Shown one piece after another: positions 43,001-50,254 of a stretch of DNA of 52,220 nt. Each line of letters begins with the position of its first letter. Position 1 is the first letter of the stretch. A program made the translations under genes and the position numbers. Source of the stretch: Chiloscyllium plagiosum. Lineage: Eukaryota. The stretch lies in assembly GCF_004010195.1 (NCBI RefSeq), contig NC_057720.1:12348183-12400402 (forward strand), given 5' to 3'. The notes under the pieces are model-generated. The model made no database searches, had not been told where the DNA came from, and was given only the letters and a program-made list of their open reading frames with translations.

Positions 43001-45851
43001 AGAGACCTAAGGGGCAACTTTTTCACGCAGAGGATGGTGTATGTGTTACGAAAGGAGCTGCCAGAGGAAGTGGAGGAGGCTGGTACAATTACAGCATTAA
43101 GACGACAACTGAATGGGTATATAAATAGGAAGTGTTTAGAGGGATATGGGCCAAGTGCTGGCAAATGGAACTAGATTAGGTTAGGCTTTTTGGTCGGCAT
43201 GGATGGGTTGAACCGAGGGTCTGTTTTTGTGCTGTACATCTTTATGACTAAGGAAGGGGCAAAATAACAAGCGACTGCCCGCAATTTAAAACAAACTGCT
43301 GGGAAAAAGGAATTGAGAGATTACAAAATTCAAATCTGGGATTAGCTGTTAAAACAAACCTAATCATATTTCCAAGATTGACTCATGTCTCACAAACTTG
43401 ATTGAGTTTTTTTGAAGTAGTAACAAAGAAGATTGATGAGGGCAGAGTGGTAGATGCGATCTATATGGACTTCAGTAAGGCGTTCGTCAAGGTTCCCCAT
43501 GGGAGACTGGTTAGCAAGGTTAGATCTCATGGAATACAAAGGGAGAACTCATCATTTGGATACAGAACTGGCTCAAAGGTAGAAGACAGAGGGTGGTGGT
43601 GGAGGGTTGTTTTTCAAACTGAAGGCCTGTGACCAGTGGAGTGCCACAAGGATCGGTGCTGGGTCAACAACTTATTTATATAAATGATTTGGACATGAGC
43701 ACAAGAGGTTTAGTTAGAAAGTTTTCTGGTGACACCAAAATTGGAAGTGTAGCAGACAGCGAAGAAGGTTACTTCAGATTACAACAGGATCTTGATCAGA
43801 TGGGCCAGTGGGCTGAGAAGTGGCAGATGGAATTCAATTTAGATAAGTGCGAGGTGCTGCATTTTGGGAAAGCAAATCTTAGCACGACTTATACACTTAA
43901 TGGTAAGGTCCTAGGTAGTGTTGCTGAACAAAGAGACCATGGAGTGCAGATTCATAGCTCCTTGAAAGTGGAGTCACAGGTAGATAGGATAGTGAAGGCA
44001 GCGTTTGGTATGCTTTCCTTTATTGAGTATAGGAGTGCGAGGTCATGTTGCGGCTATACAGGTCATTGGTTAGTCCACTGTTGGAACATTGCATGCAATC
44101 GGAAAGATGTTGTCAAACTTAAAGGAGTTCAGAAAAGATTTACAAGGACGTTGCAAGGTTTGGAAGATTTGAACTATAGAGAGAGGTTGAATCGTCTAGG
44201 TCTGTTTCCCCTGGAGTGTCGGAGACTGAGGGGTCACCTTACAGAAGTTTATAAAATCATGAGGGACATGGATAGGATGAATAGACAAAGTCGTTTCCCT
44301 GGGATGGGGGAGTCCAGAACTAGAAGGGCATAGTTTTAGGGTTAGAGGGACATAGGTTTAGGGTGAGAGGGGAAAGATATGAGAGACCTAAGGGGCATAT
44401 ATAGGGATAACAGTTGGTATGAACAGTGATTGGCAAGGAGTTTAACCCTTGCTCAAGTATCCTCAATCTGATTTCTTATACACATCTCAGTTGAGTGGTA
44501 GTCAAGAGAAAGCTGAGGAATATTTCTGATCAAGTGGTTGAGAGTTGAAAGGCAAATTCGTATGAGATTTAATTTTGTGTTCACTTGACTATGAAATGTT
44601 GAGCTTCACTTGGCATGAGGATACAACTTACGCAACAATTGCACATTGCTGCATCAAACAGGAGCACCTTGAATCTGCTCCGCCTTCCTTCATGGCTGAT
44701 CTGGCCTCTGATCGAATTTCCCACCCTTGATCTCTCTATAACCTTGTGTTTTAAATAAATGCCTTTTTCTTTGTTAAAGTTTAAAGCAGCATCAGCACGG
44801 GAAGGTGAGGAGAAAATTATTACTGAATCAGTAAATAGCTCAATTAGAAAACTTTCACCTGCACGCACCCCATTCTTTTCACTATTTGTAACATCAAGAC
44901 GCTTGCGCGCTGAGTTCTCTTCTTCACAATCCATCACTGGGTCTCAAATCTGATTGCAATTAGCGAAGCATGGATTTTTTTTTAAGCTTAATGACGGCGT
45001 TGTGGGGAGAAAGAGGAGGGGGGGAAAAAGATCGCCGTAGCCCACGTTACTTCAGAGGCGAGAGGCTGCTTTCTGCTTTAAGTCAGTACAGTACTGTACG
45101 AAGTCATGAAATGGGACATCAGGTTTCCCTGTATTCGAGCAGAGGCAGAGAGAGCGATTTTAACAAAGAGTTGGGGGGGAGGGCAACATGTGCCGGAGAA
45201 ATCCAGGTCGGAGAACGGGAATATCAGATCTGAAACAGCCTGAAAATGTAACAGGAGAACAGGGGGAGGGGGAGAAGAGAGAGAGAGAAAGAGGCGGGAC
45301 ACGATTTGACAAAGAAGCCCCGCCAGATGAGCGGGCGCGGGGGACAGAAGGTAATAAACTGGCCGGCCGCTTCCCGTCCTCCCACTCACTCCACTTTACA
45401 ACCGATCGGTGCCGGCTGAGACACCGCGGGCCGAGACTCTCCGCGTCGTTTGGTCGCCCCGTCCAGGCCGTCCCACGCGCCCCACAACCGGAGACACTTC
45501 AGCACGAGGCCCCGGCCCCGGCCCCACCCCCACCCCGAGGCAAAGGGGCCTTCTACCCGCCCCGCCGGCCCAGGCCTGCCCGCCCGCCCTCCGGGGCTGA
45601 GGTAAACGGCGAGCGCGGCGCTCTCCCACCTGCCTCGCCCGCTGAAGGGCGTCGGCGAAAGCGTCGTTCTTGAAGCCGCCGGCACCTCCAGGCCCGCCGC
45701 CGCCGCCTCCTGCCGCTCCTCCACCACCACCACCGCCGCCGCCGCCACCGCCGCCAGCTGCAGGGCCAGCACCGCCGCTTGCTCCGCCGCCACCGCCGCT
45801 AGCACCACCGCCTAACGTGCTGGGAGGCGCCACTGCTGAATATTCGGCCAT
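4025..45851 (-). CDS. FUBP1: Far upstream element-binding protein 1 (4 KH domains); spliced CDS of 21 exons, 714 aa
   Basis: Hand-spliced exons with GT-AG ends and consistent phases total 2145 nt. FUBP1-diagnostic peptides include [60 protein letters not shown] and [21 protein letters not shown]. Confidence 0.93.
4443..4603 (-). CDS. FUBP1: FUBP1 exon 20 ([54 protein letters not shown]; Tyr motif 4)
   Basis: gtttcag| and |gtaaat; 161 nt. Confidence 0.94.
4689..4760 (-). CDS. FUBP1: FUBP1 exon 19 ([24 protein letters not shown]; Tyr motif 3, KHSRP-like)
   Basis: ttgtttag| and |gtatgt; 72 nt, phase 1-1, open frame. Confidence 0.88.
4893..5072. mobile_element. Old Penelope-derived fold-back fragment
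   Basis: acagaaactgctggataaactcag and ctgagcttctccaggaatttctgt are imperfect inverted arms; decayed hammerhead on the minus strand. Confidence 0.5.
5652..5735 (-). CDS. FUBP1: FUBP1 exon 18 ([27 protein letters not shown]; Tyr motif 2); CAGCAG acceptor, start 5735 or 5732
   Basis: ttttatcag|cag| and |gtaagt; 84 or 81 nt. Confidence 0.9.
   Translation of the reverse strand, partial: QLIQTNPTQPNLLRLIIPKPGKNITRN
6068..6193 (-). CDS. FUBP1: FUBP1 exon 17 ([21 protein letters not shown]...; Tyr motif 1)
   Basis: gttgtag| and |gtaaat; 126 nt. Confidence 0.92.
6806..6885 (-). CDS. FUBP1: FUBP1 exon 16 ([26 protein letters not shown])
   Basis: ctctgcag| and |gtaaga; 80 nt. Confidence 0.94.
6977..7137 (-). 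CDS. FUBP1: FUBP1 exon 15 (Pro/Gly-rich; [16 protein letters not shown]...[17 protein letters not shown])
   Basis: catttag| and |gtaagt; 161 nt. Confidence 0.93.
8719..8920. mobile_element. Penelope-derived fold-back mini-element with two opposed hammerhead motifs
   Basis: Inverted arms about 8721-8780 and 8791-8850; TSD-like TACATAAATT at 8709-8718 and 8921-8930. Confidence 0.8.
8738..8773 (-). ncRNA. Minimal hammerhead ribozyme motif, sense to the FUBP1 pre-mRNA (intron 14)
   Basis: Minus strand CAC-CTGATGA-A-GGAG cagca CTCC-GAAA-GC-TA^-GTT; core intact, stem I only 2 bp. Confidence 0.7.
10042..10202 (-). CDS. FUBP1: FUBP1 exon 14 ([56 protein letters not shown]4)
   Basis: gctttag| and |gtaagt; 161 nt. 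Confidence 0.95.
10337..10640 (+). mobile_element. HE1-type SINE, diverged
   Basis: gttagcactggtgcctcacagcgcc...tgtgtggagtttgcacattctc...gggattctatga. Confidence 0.8.
11228..11375 (-). CDS. FUBP1: FUBP1 exon 13 ([49 protein letters not shown])
   Basis: tttttag| and |gtaatg; 148 nt; RG repeats and KH4 start. Confidence 0.95.
11565..11665 (-). CDS. FUBP1: FUBP1 exon 12 ([34 protein letters not shown])
   Basis: tcacaag| and |gttagg; 101 nt. Confidence 0.95.
11769..11871 (-). CDS. FUBP1: FUBP1 exon 11 ([36 protein letters not shown]3)
   Basis: ctgttag| and |gtgaat; 103 nt. Confidence 0.95.
12134..12244 (-). CDS. FUBP1: FUBP1 exon 10 ([37 protein letters not shown])
   Basis: gatttag| and |gtaagt; 111 nt. 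Confidence 0.94.
12341..12439 (-). CDS. FUBP1: FUBP1 exon 9 ([33 protein letters not shown])
   Basis: aaaatag| and |gtagga; 99 nt. Confidence 0.95.
12547..12709 (-). CDS. FUBP1: FUBP1 exon 8 ([14 protein letters not shown]...[28 protein letters not shown]2)
   Basis: gatatag| and |gtaaga; 163 nt. Confidence 0.95.
12975..13032 (-). CDS. FUBP1: FUBP1 exon 7 ([20 protein letters not shown])
   Basis: attttcag| and |gtaagt; 58 nt. Confidence 0.94.
13560..15170 (-). mobile_element. Old non-LTR retrotransposon remnant (CR1/L2 superfamily) with nested insertions
   Basis: Decayed RT-like antisense sequence (gtggtatgaatgttacttgcca, acattaccctgaggagttcct = GVPQG-like). Confidence 0.6.
13902..14121. 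mobile_element. Penelope-derived fold-back mini-element with a degenerate hammerhead (GAAA>GAAG)
   Basis: Inverted arms about 13902-13970 and 14000-14070; CTGATGAAGGGC at 13986; TSD-like AAATGGATGG at 13892-13901 and 14122-14131. Confidence 0.8.
15608..15679 (-). CDS. FUBP1: FUBP1 exon 6 ([26 protein letters not shown]1 GxxG)
   Basis: aattgcag| and |gtaaaa; 72 nt. Confidence 0.95.
16145..16343 (-). mobile_element. HE1 SINE 3' fragment
   Basis: cagtgtagaaacaggccctt...aattcacctaacctgcacatcttt. Confidence 0.75.
16425..18255 (+). mobile_element. Cluster of old CR1 RT fragments
   Basis: Decayed matches to YMDFxKAF, GVPQG and ADD motifs and to CR1 3' ends. Confidence 0.7.
17620..17761. mobile_element. 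142-bp MITE of Tc1/mariner (pogo/Tigger-like) type
   Basis: TIR CAGAGGAACCT/AGGTTCCTCTG; TA on both sides; interrupts CR1 RT sequence. Confidence 0.8.
18260..19210. mobile_element. Solo LTR with a nested HE1 SINE, inserted in a CR1 fragment
   Basis: TGTGA...TAACA termini; 4-bp TSD TTAT (18256-18259, 19211-19214); host CR1 reads through as ggtcttat|agaaacatacaagattctgag. Confidence 0.75.
18733..19049 (-). mobile_element. HE1-type tRNA-derived SINE, full length
   Basis: tRNA-like head GGCACAGTGGTTAGCACTGCTGC...GGGTTCAATTCC, V-SINE-type body, CR1-like tail with (TCTAA)n. Confidence 0.88.
19211..19572 (+). mobile_element. CR1 3' end (continuation of the LTR-interrupted copy)
   Basis: agaaacatacaagattctgag...gatcaaccatga...ttcttatgttc. 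Confidence 0.7.
19879..19960 (+). mobile_element. Penelope 3'-end fragment
   Basis: gcccgaaacgccgattttcctgctcctcagatgctgcctgacctgctgtgcttttccagc matches the 14000 and 51120 tails. Confidence 0.65.
20036..20990 (-). mobile_element. CR1 LINE 3' fragment (RT)
   Basis: [40 protein letters not shown]. Confidence 0.92.
21816..21865 (-). CDS. FUBP1: FUBP1 exon 5 ([18 protein letters not shown]1 start)
   Basis: atacatag| and |gtaagt; 50 nt. Confidence 0.92.
22256..22358 (-). mobile_element. Old Penelope-derived end fragment
   Basis: atgctggagaaacttagc...gcatctatggaag...agagttttcgctttgagt resembles the 401 and 4893 family. Confidence 0.45.
24015..24206 (-). mobile_element. HE1 SINE 3' fragment
   Basis: gtgtgaaaacaggccatttggcccaacaagtccacaccgacc...ggccaattcacctaaactgcacatct. 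Confidence 0.75.
24620..25400 (+). mobile_element. Decayed Penelope-like element (GIY-YIG remnant plus 3' hammerhead remnant)
   Basis: Peptide [18 protein letters not shown]...QRLAHHIKQ resembles Penelope linker/GIY-YIG sequence; CTGATGAGTGCAAAATGAAAG at 25370-25390. Confidence 0.65.
25476..25512 (-). CDS. FUBP1: FUBP1 exon 4 ([13 protein letters not shown])
   Basis: ccttccaag| and |gtaggg; 37 nt; restores the frame to exon 5. Confidence 0.87.
27309..27344 (-). CDS. FUBP1: FUBP1 exon 3 ([12 protein letters not shown])
   Basis: ttttgcag| and |gtaagt; 36 nt, phase 1-1. Confidence 0.9.
27445..27775 (+). mobile_element. Old CR1 3' fragment
   Basis: gttgaggaaagactgcttcacac...tggagcagactcaatgggtc. 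Confidence 0.6.
29440..30258 (-). mobile_element. Old CR1 fragments (3' and APE regions)
   Basis: gattgaagtcacccatga is antisense to a GDFN-like motif; decayed CR1 3' sequence. Confidence 0.55.
30260..34248 (+). mobile_element. Near-full-length decayed CR1 LINE (5' UTR, ORF1 Zn-finger/esterase, ORF2 APE-RT)
   Basis: [27 protein letters not shown] (ORF1); [10 protein letters not shown] (APE); [28 protein letters not shown] (RT); many stops and frameshifts. Confidence 0.92.
34249..34395. other. Assembly gap (147 N)
   Basis: Run of N. Confidence 1.
34396..35008 (+). mobile_element. CR1 LINE 3' end
   Basis: [22 protein letters not shown]; tail ctctatgactctat. Confidence 0.9.
35319..35409 (-). 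CDS. FUBP1: FUBP1 exon 2 ([30 protein letters not shown])
   Basis: ttccacag| and |gtgcgt; 91 nt. Confidence 0.93.
35770..35930. mobile_element. Old Penelope-derived fold-back fragment
   Basis: ctcaggaagtctgacagcatctgtggagag...gatctcgagcatccacagttc resembles the same family. Confidence 0.45.
36140..36292 (-). mobile_element. Penelope-like 3'-end fragment with a decayed hammerhead
   Basis: Minus strand gcaccgaaggtttcacctagaaaggggacgaaacttatgc, similar to 46504-46543. Confidence 0.65.
36890..39600 (-). mobile_element. Internally deleted CR1 LINE (ORF1, APE remnant, 3' end)
   Basis: ORF1 [13 protein letters not shown]...YICGKC; APE-region [11 protein letters not shown]...FDRYVP; 3' tail at 36890. 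Confidence 0.85.
40349..40663 (-). mobile_element. HE1-type SINE
   Basis: (GATTA)n tail at 40350; tRNA-like head at 40600-40663. Confidence 0.85.
40668..41370 (-). mobile_element. CR1 LINE 3' fragment
   Basis: Reverse homolog of 33500-35000. Confidence 0.88.
42865..43250 (+). mobile_element. CR1 LINE 3' end fragment
   Basis: [16 protein letters not shown]...[10 protein letters not shown]. Confidence 0.85.
43383..44398 (+). mobile_element. CR1 LINE RT fragment
   Basis: [38 protein letters not shown]. Confidence 0.92.
45630..45851 (-). CDS. FUBP1: FUBP1 coding exon 1 ([10 protein letters not shown]...poly-Gly...[13 protein letters not shown])
   Basis: ATG at 45851; 222 nt; donor CAG|gtggga. 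Confidence 0.93.
45675..45810. repeat. Imperfect (CCG/CCA)n trinucleotide tract encoding poly-Gly
   Basis: ccaccaccaccaccgccgccgccgccaccgccgcc and similar runs. Confidence 0.9.
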
Positions 45852-46305
45852 CTTTTTCTGGGTTTTTTTTTTTCTCTCGCTCTCTGTGAGAGGAAACGAG
45901 GCCTCGGCACGGACCCGGGAGGAACTGGTCCAAAATGGCCGACACACTAAAGAAGGCAGGGCGGAGAAGCCGCGGACTAACTCTCGCGATACTTCGGACC
46001 CGGGCTCGGGACCAACGGCAAAGGGGGCGTGGCTAATGCTGAACGTGGCCGCGTCAGCGCGAATGGTGGGGGGCGGCCAGAACTGGGCGTGGTTTCTTCG
46101 TGATGTGGGCGGGGCTAGTCTGAAATGGGCGTTACTTAAAACACAGACCATCACAGCACATTGCAGACCCTTCGGCCCACAATGTTGCGTCGACCTGTGG
46201 AACCAATCTGAAGCCCATCTAACCAACACTATTCCATTCTTGTCCATATGTTTATCTAATAACCATGTAAATGACTGAAAGTTGGCGAGCCAACTACTGT
46301 CGCAG

Positions 46306-46423
46306 TACTTTCCTGATGAAGGGCTCATGCCCGAAACGTCGATTCTCCTGTTCCTTGGATGCTGCCTGACTTTTCCAGCAACACATTTTCAGCTCTGATC
46401 TCCAGCATCTGCAGTCCTCACTT
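46306..46423 (+). mobile_element. Penelope 3'-end fragment inserted in a CR1, with 13-bp TSD
   Basis: ACTACTGTCGCAG at 46293-46305 and ACTACCGTCGCAG at 46424-46436; tail resembles 51130-51227. Confidence 0.8.
46309..46344 (+). ncRNA. Minimal hammerhead ribozyme motif
   Basis: CTGATGA-A-GGGC tcat GCCC-GAAA-CG-TC^; stem I weak (TC/GA). Confidence 0.75.
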
Positions 46424-46499
46424 ACTACCGTCGCAGGCAAGGTGTTCCACACCCCATTGTTCTCTGAGCAAAGAAACTCTGACATCTGTCCTTTCTGTC

Positions 46500-46616
46500 C
46501 CAAGCACTGAGGATGTCACCTAGACAGGGGACGAAACGTCTGCAACACAAATTCCCAGCTGGCGAACAGAACCACAACACAAGCACTCGAGCTACAAATT
46601 TTCTCACAAACTTTGT
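46500..46616 (+). mobile_element. Penelope-like 3'-end fragment (second family)
   Basis: Contains a hammerhead motif; homologous in reverse to 36140-36275. Confidence 0.7.
46504..46543 (+). ncRNA. Minimal hammerhead ribozyme motif (second Penelope family)
   Basis: GCA-CTGAGGA-T-GTCACC tagaca GGGGAC-GAAA-CG-TC^-TGC; stem I GCA/TGC; stem II has one mismatch. Confidence 0.75.
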
Positions 46617-47280
46617 CCTTTCTCTAGTCACCCCTCAATTTAAAGCTATGTCCCTTTGTGCTATCCATCACTGTCCGAGGCAAAAGGCTCTCACTGTCCA
46701 CCATATCTAACCCTCTGATTACCTTATATGTCTCAATGAAGTCACCTCTCAACATTCTCTCTAATAAAGTCCCTCTGCTATTCCTCATATGACCTTCCCT
46801 CCATACCAGGCGACATCCTAGTAAATCTCCTCTGCTCCCTTTCCAAAGCTTCCACATCCTTTCTACATGCAGTAACCAGAAGTGTACACAATACTCCAAG
46901 TGCAGTCGCACCAGAGTTGTGTACACGCGCAGCATGATCTCATGGCTCCAAAATTCAAACCCTCTACCAATAAAATCTAACACGCCATATGCCTTCTTAA
47001 CAACCCTATCGACCTGGGTGGCAACTTTCAGGGATCTATGTACATAGACACCAAGATCTCTCTGCTCAGTTACACTACCAAGAATCTTACCATTACCCTG
47101 GTACTCTTTATTCCTGTTGCTCCTTCCAAAGTGAATCACCTCACATTTTTCCACATTAAACTGAATTTGCCACCTCTCAGCTCAGCTCTGTAGCCTATCT
47201 ATGTCCCTCTGTAACCTACAATATCCTTTAGCACTATCCACAACTCCACTGACCTTAGTGTCATCTGCAAATTTACTAAC

Positions 47281-47992
47281 TGAAGTGGGAGATGGCATGG
47301 GGTAGGGTGACACTAGGCACATGGACACACAAGATGGCCACTGAGCCATAAGTTGGCCATTTGACACACAAGATGGCCGCCAGATCACACTATGGAGAGA
47401 GACAGCAGAGCAAACATAGATACTGCCTGGGGCCACCAGAATGCCAATACAATGCACTCACAACCTAGTTTAAGGCAGGTAGAGGAAAGAATACACATGA
47501 GTAGAATATACTTCCCACCTAAGTGTCTGGGTCCAGCCAACCTCTTTGATAGAAATGCTAACTTTTTGAAACGTGCGAATAGCCAGGACTGCAGTAATTG
47601 TCCTTCTCAGGAAGAGCAATTAGCATCCATTACTACAGCAATGGACTTCCGTGCAGACATTGAAACTGACAATGTCTGCACTGAAACTGACAATGACCGC
47701 ACTGAAATTAACAAAGGTTGTGCTGGAACTGACAATGACTGCACCGAAATGATCATCAAATGTTTACAATAAACAAACTATGTTACAGAGACAAGAACCT
47801 CATCACTGACCTATTATATTACAAAATGTATAAAAATATCTTGACATGTGCTCCGTGTTGAGAGTAGACTTGCAGCTGACCACTGCACCGTTAGTGTCTT
47901 TTTCTCCCCGGAACTCCGGTATTTCCTTGAAAAATAAACTCTGTTGTTGAACCACAATTCTGATTCTGAGGCTGGTGATTTTCCCCACAACA
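47281..47992 (+). mobile_element. Solo LTR (712 bp) inserted in a CR1
   Basis: TG...CA termini (TGAAGTGGG / CCCACAACA); 4-bp TSD TAAC; TATAAAA at 47829; AATAAA at 47933; host CR1 resumes across it. Confidence 0.8.
47660..47752 (+). repeat. 21-bp tandem repeat (about 4.5 units, TGAAACTGACAATGACTGCAC) in the LTR U3
   Basis: Direct reading of repeated units. Confidence 0.8.
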
Positions 47993-48986
47993 TAACCTAC
48001 CCTTCTATGCCCTCATTTAGGTCATTTATAAAAATGATAAACAGTAGTGGCTCCAAAACGGATCCTTGCAGTACATGACTGGTAACTGAACTCCAGGATG
48101 AACATTTCCCATCAACCAGCACCACACTCCTCCTGTTTGGATACCACTGTGTCACCGACTCTAATGGGTCTTCTTTCAGCTAGCCAACTTCTGATCCAAA
48201 ACGTTAAATCACTCTCAATCCCATGCATCCATTTTTTGTGCAATAGCCTACCGTGGGGAACTTTATCAAACCCCTTACTGAAATCGATATAAACCATATC
48301 AACCGCTTTACCCTCATCCAACTATTTGGTCACCATCTCAAAGAACTCAATAAGGTTTGTGAGGCACAACCTACCCTTCACAAAACCATGCTGGCTATCC
48401 CTAATCAATGTATTTCTTTATGGATGATTATAAATCCTATCTCTTATAAACTTTTTCAACACTTTACCCACAACTGAAGTAAGGCTCACAGGTCTGCAAA
48501 TACCAGGGTTGTCTCTACTTCCCATCTTGAACAAGTAGACAACATCTGCTATCCTCCAGTCTTCTGGCACTATTCTTGTAGACAATGACGACATAAAGAT
48601 CAAAGCCAAAGGCTCTGCAATCTCTTCTCTGGCTTCCCAGAGAATCATAGGATAAATCCCATCCCATCCAGGGGATTTATCTATTTTCACACTTTCCAGA
48701 ATTGCTAACATCTCCTCTTTGTGAACTTCAATCTCATCTAGTCTAGTAGCCTGTATCTCAGTATTCTCCTCGACAACATTGTCTTTTTCTAGTGTGAATA
48801 CTGACAAAAAATATTCATTTAGTGCTTCCCCTATCTCCTCGGACTCCACGAGCAACTTTCCACTACTATTCTTGATTGGCCGTAATCTTACTCTCGTCAT
48901 TCTTTTATTCCTGATATACCGATAGAAAGCTTTAGGGTTTTCCTTGGTCCTACCTGCTGGCTCTTCTTAGCTCTCTCTTCATGGGG

Positions 48987-49155
48987 TGGGTGTGGTTTTC
49001 CAGTGGGCGGGGGGACTAGCCTGAAAGAGGCATGATTTTCTCAGTGAGGGTTTCTAATCAGAAATGGGGGTGGTTTCATCACAATGTGGAGGGGACTAGT
49101 GTGAAATGGGTGTGGTTTCTTCATGTGGGTGGGACTAGTGATGGGTGGGGCTCAG
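48987..49155. repeat. Degenerate ~40-bp GC-box minisatellite (about 4 units), homologous to promoter 46080-46137
   Basis: Unit GAAATGGG(C/T)GTGGTTTCTTC...TGTGGGYGGGACTAGT. Confidence 0.75.
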
Positions 49156-49164
49156 TGTCCCCAG

Positions 49165-49770
49165 GAAGTGTAGGAACAGGAGTAGGCCATTCAGCCCATT
49201 GAGCCTGCTCCACCATTAAATGCCTATCTCAATATCTTTGGCCCATTTCTCTTGGACATCACAGCAGCTCAGACAGCATCGATGGAGAGAGAGCATGCTA
49301 ACATTTTGAGTCTACACTCCATGGCTCCACAGCTGACCTGCTATGATCTCCAGCATTTATTATTTTCAGTACAGATTCCAGCACCTGCAATAATTTGTTC
49401 CTCCCTAATACCTTTGCTTAACAAAAATTTACCTGTCTTGGATTGGATTGGAAGGGGACATCCAAATCCTCTATCGTTTATGGAAGAGCACTCCAATCCT
49501 CTGTTTGTAGAAGCTCTGGTCCTAATTCTCAGACTATGGTTCCGAGTTCTAGAATCTCCAACATGTAGAAGCAGTTTATCTTTGCAGACCCTGTTTTTTT
49601 TCCTGTTAATAGCTTGAAGAATTAAACTTCTAAATTTGAGAGAAAACAGGCCAAATTTGTATAATCTCTCCACATAGGTGTAGTCTACCTATCTTGAAAA
49701 CCTATACAGTACTCCCTCCAATATGTCCCTCCTAAAGTGTGGTGCCCAGATCTGCTCTCAGTACATCGGT
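49165..49770 (-). mobile_element. Old CR1 3' fragment
   Basis: ggaacaggagtaggccattcagcccattgagcctgctcc tail; ERLYKFGLFSL. Confidence 0.7.
49262..49402. mobile_element. Old Penelope-derived fragment nested in a CR1 3' piece
   Basis: cagacagcatcgatggagaga...tgacctgctatgatctccagcattt...gattccagcacctgca. Confidence 0.5.
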
Positions 49771-50218
49771 GAGGCTACATATGTATTTTGTGGGCTGTGG
49801 TAGGCAGGCCAGCTCAGGTATAACAAGAAAGATAGCATCAAAGCTTTGCAGGGCAGTACCACACTGTCAGGAAGTTAACGAACAAATATTTACTGGAAAT
49901 AATAAGAGTGGGAAAGGGGGAAGGATAGGAAATCTAAGTGAGAAGAAAGACTAAGACAGCATGGCATGGGAATACTGAGGAGATGAGGCAGAATGAGAGA
50001 GGAGTGAGGGACTTTGGAGAGAGAGAAAAATGGAGTGAGAGATAGATTGGCGTGTTGGCTCATAGTCAATTAGGTAATATCCCAGAAACCATTATTATTC
50101 TTGCTACATCTTGACCCACTGGGGCCACTGGGAATCAGAGTTGGTGGCACAATGTATACAGCTGAAACTTTATTGCTGGAACAGCACAGCAGGTCAGGCA
50201 GCATCTAGGGAACAGAAG

Positions 50219-50254
50219 ATTCGACGTTTCGGGCACATGCCCTTCTTCAGGAAT
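50219..50254 (-). ncRNA. Minimal type I hammerhead ribozyme, inverted copy
   Basis: Exact reverse complement of 51099-51134. Confidence 0.85.

Larger units (their letters stand above)
45290..46135 (-). promoter_or_regulatory. CpG-island promoter of FUBP1 with GC boxes, a YY1 motif (CAAAATGGCCG, 45931) and a BANP/ZBTB33-type motif (TCTCGCGATA, 45982)
   Basis: High GC and CpG density over exon 1; GGGGCGTGG, GGGCGG and GGGCGGGG at 46022-46115. Confidence 0.85.
46140..48980 (-). mobile_element. 5'-truncated CR1 LINE hosting two Penelope fragments and a solo LTR
   Basis: Collinear RT pieces IDKSPGWDGIYP, CRPVSLTS, YIDFSKGFDKVPH, KFADDTK, CEVIHFGR; 3' tail at 46140. Confidence 0.9.

Noticed and set aside
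45188..46278. Plus-strand Pro-rich ORFs (161 and 202 aa)
   Set aside because: Antisense shadows of the GC-rich poly-Gly exon and CpG island, where stop codons are rare
45396..46328. 310-aa minus-strand ORF as a single-exon gene or N-terminal extension
   Set aside because: Only 45630-45851 is FUBP1 exon 1; the upstream part runs through the promoter and CR1/Penelope sequence, and the downstream part is intron
47392..47772. 126-aa ORF with repeats, or a CRISPR-like array
   Set aside because: It lies within a solo LTR; the 21-bp units are contiguous with no spacers, and the DNA is vertebrate
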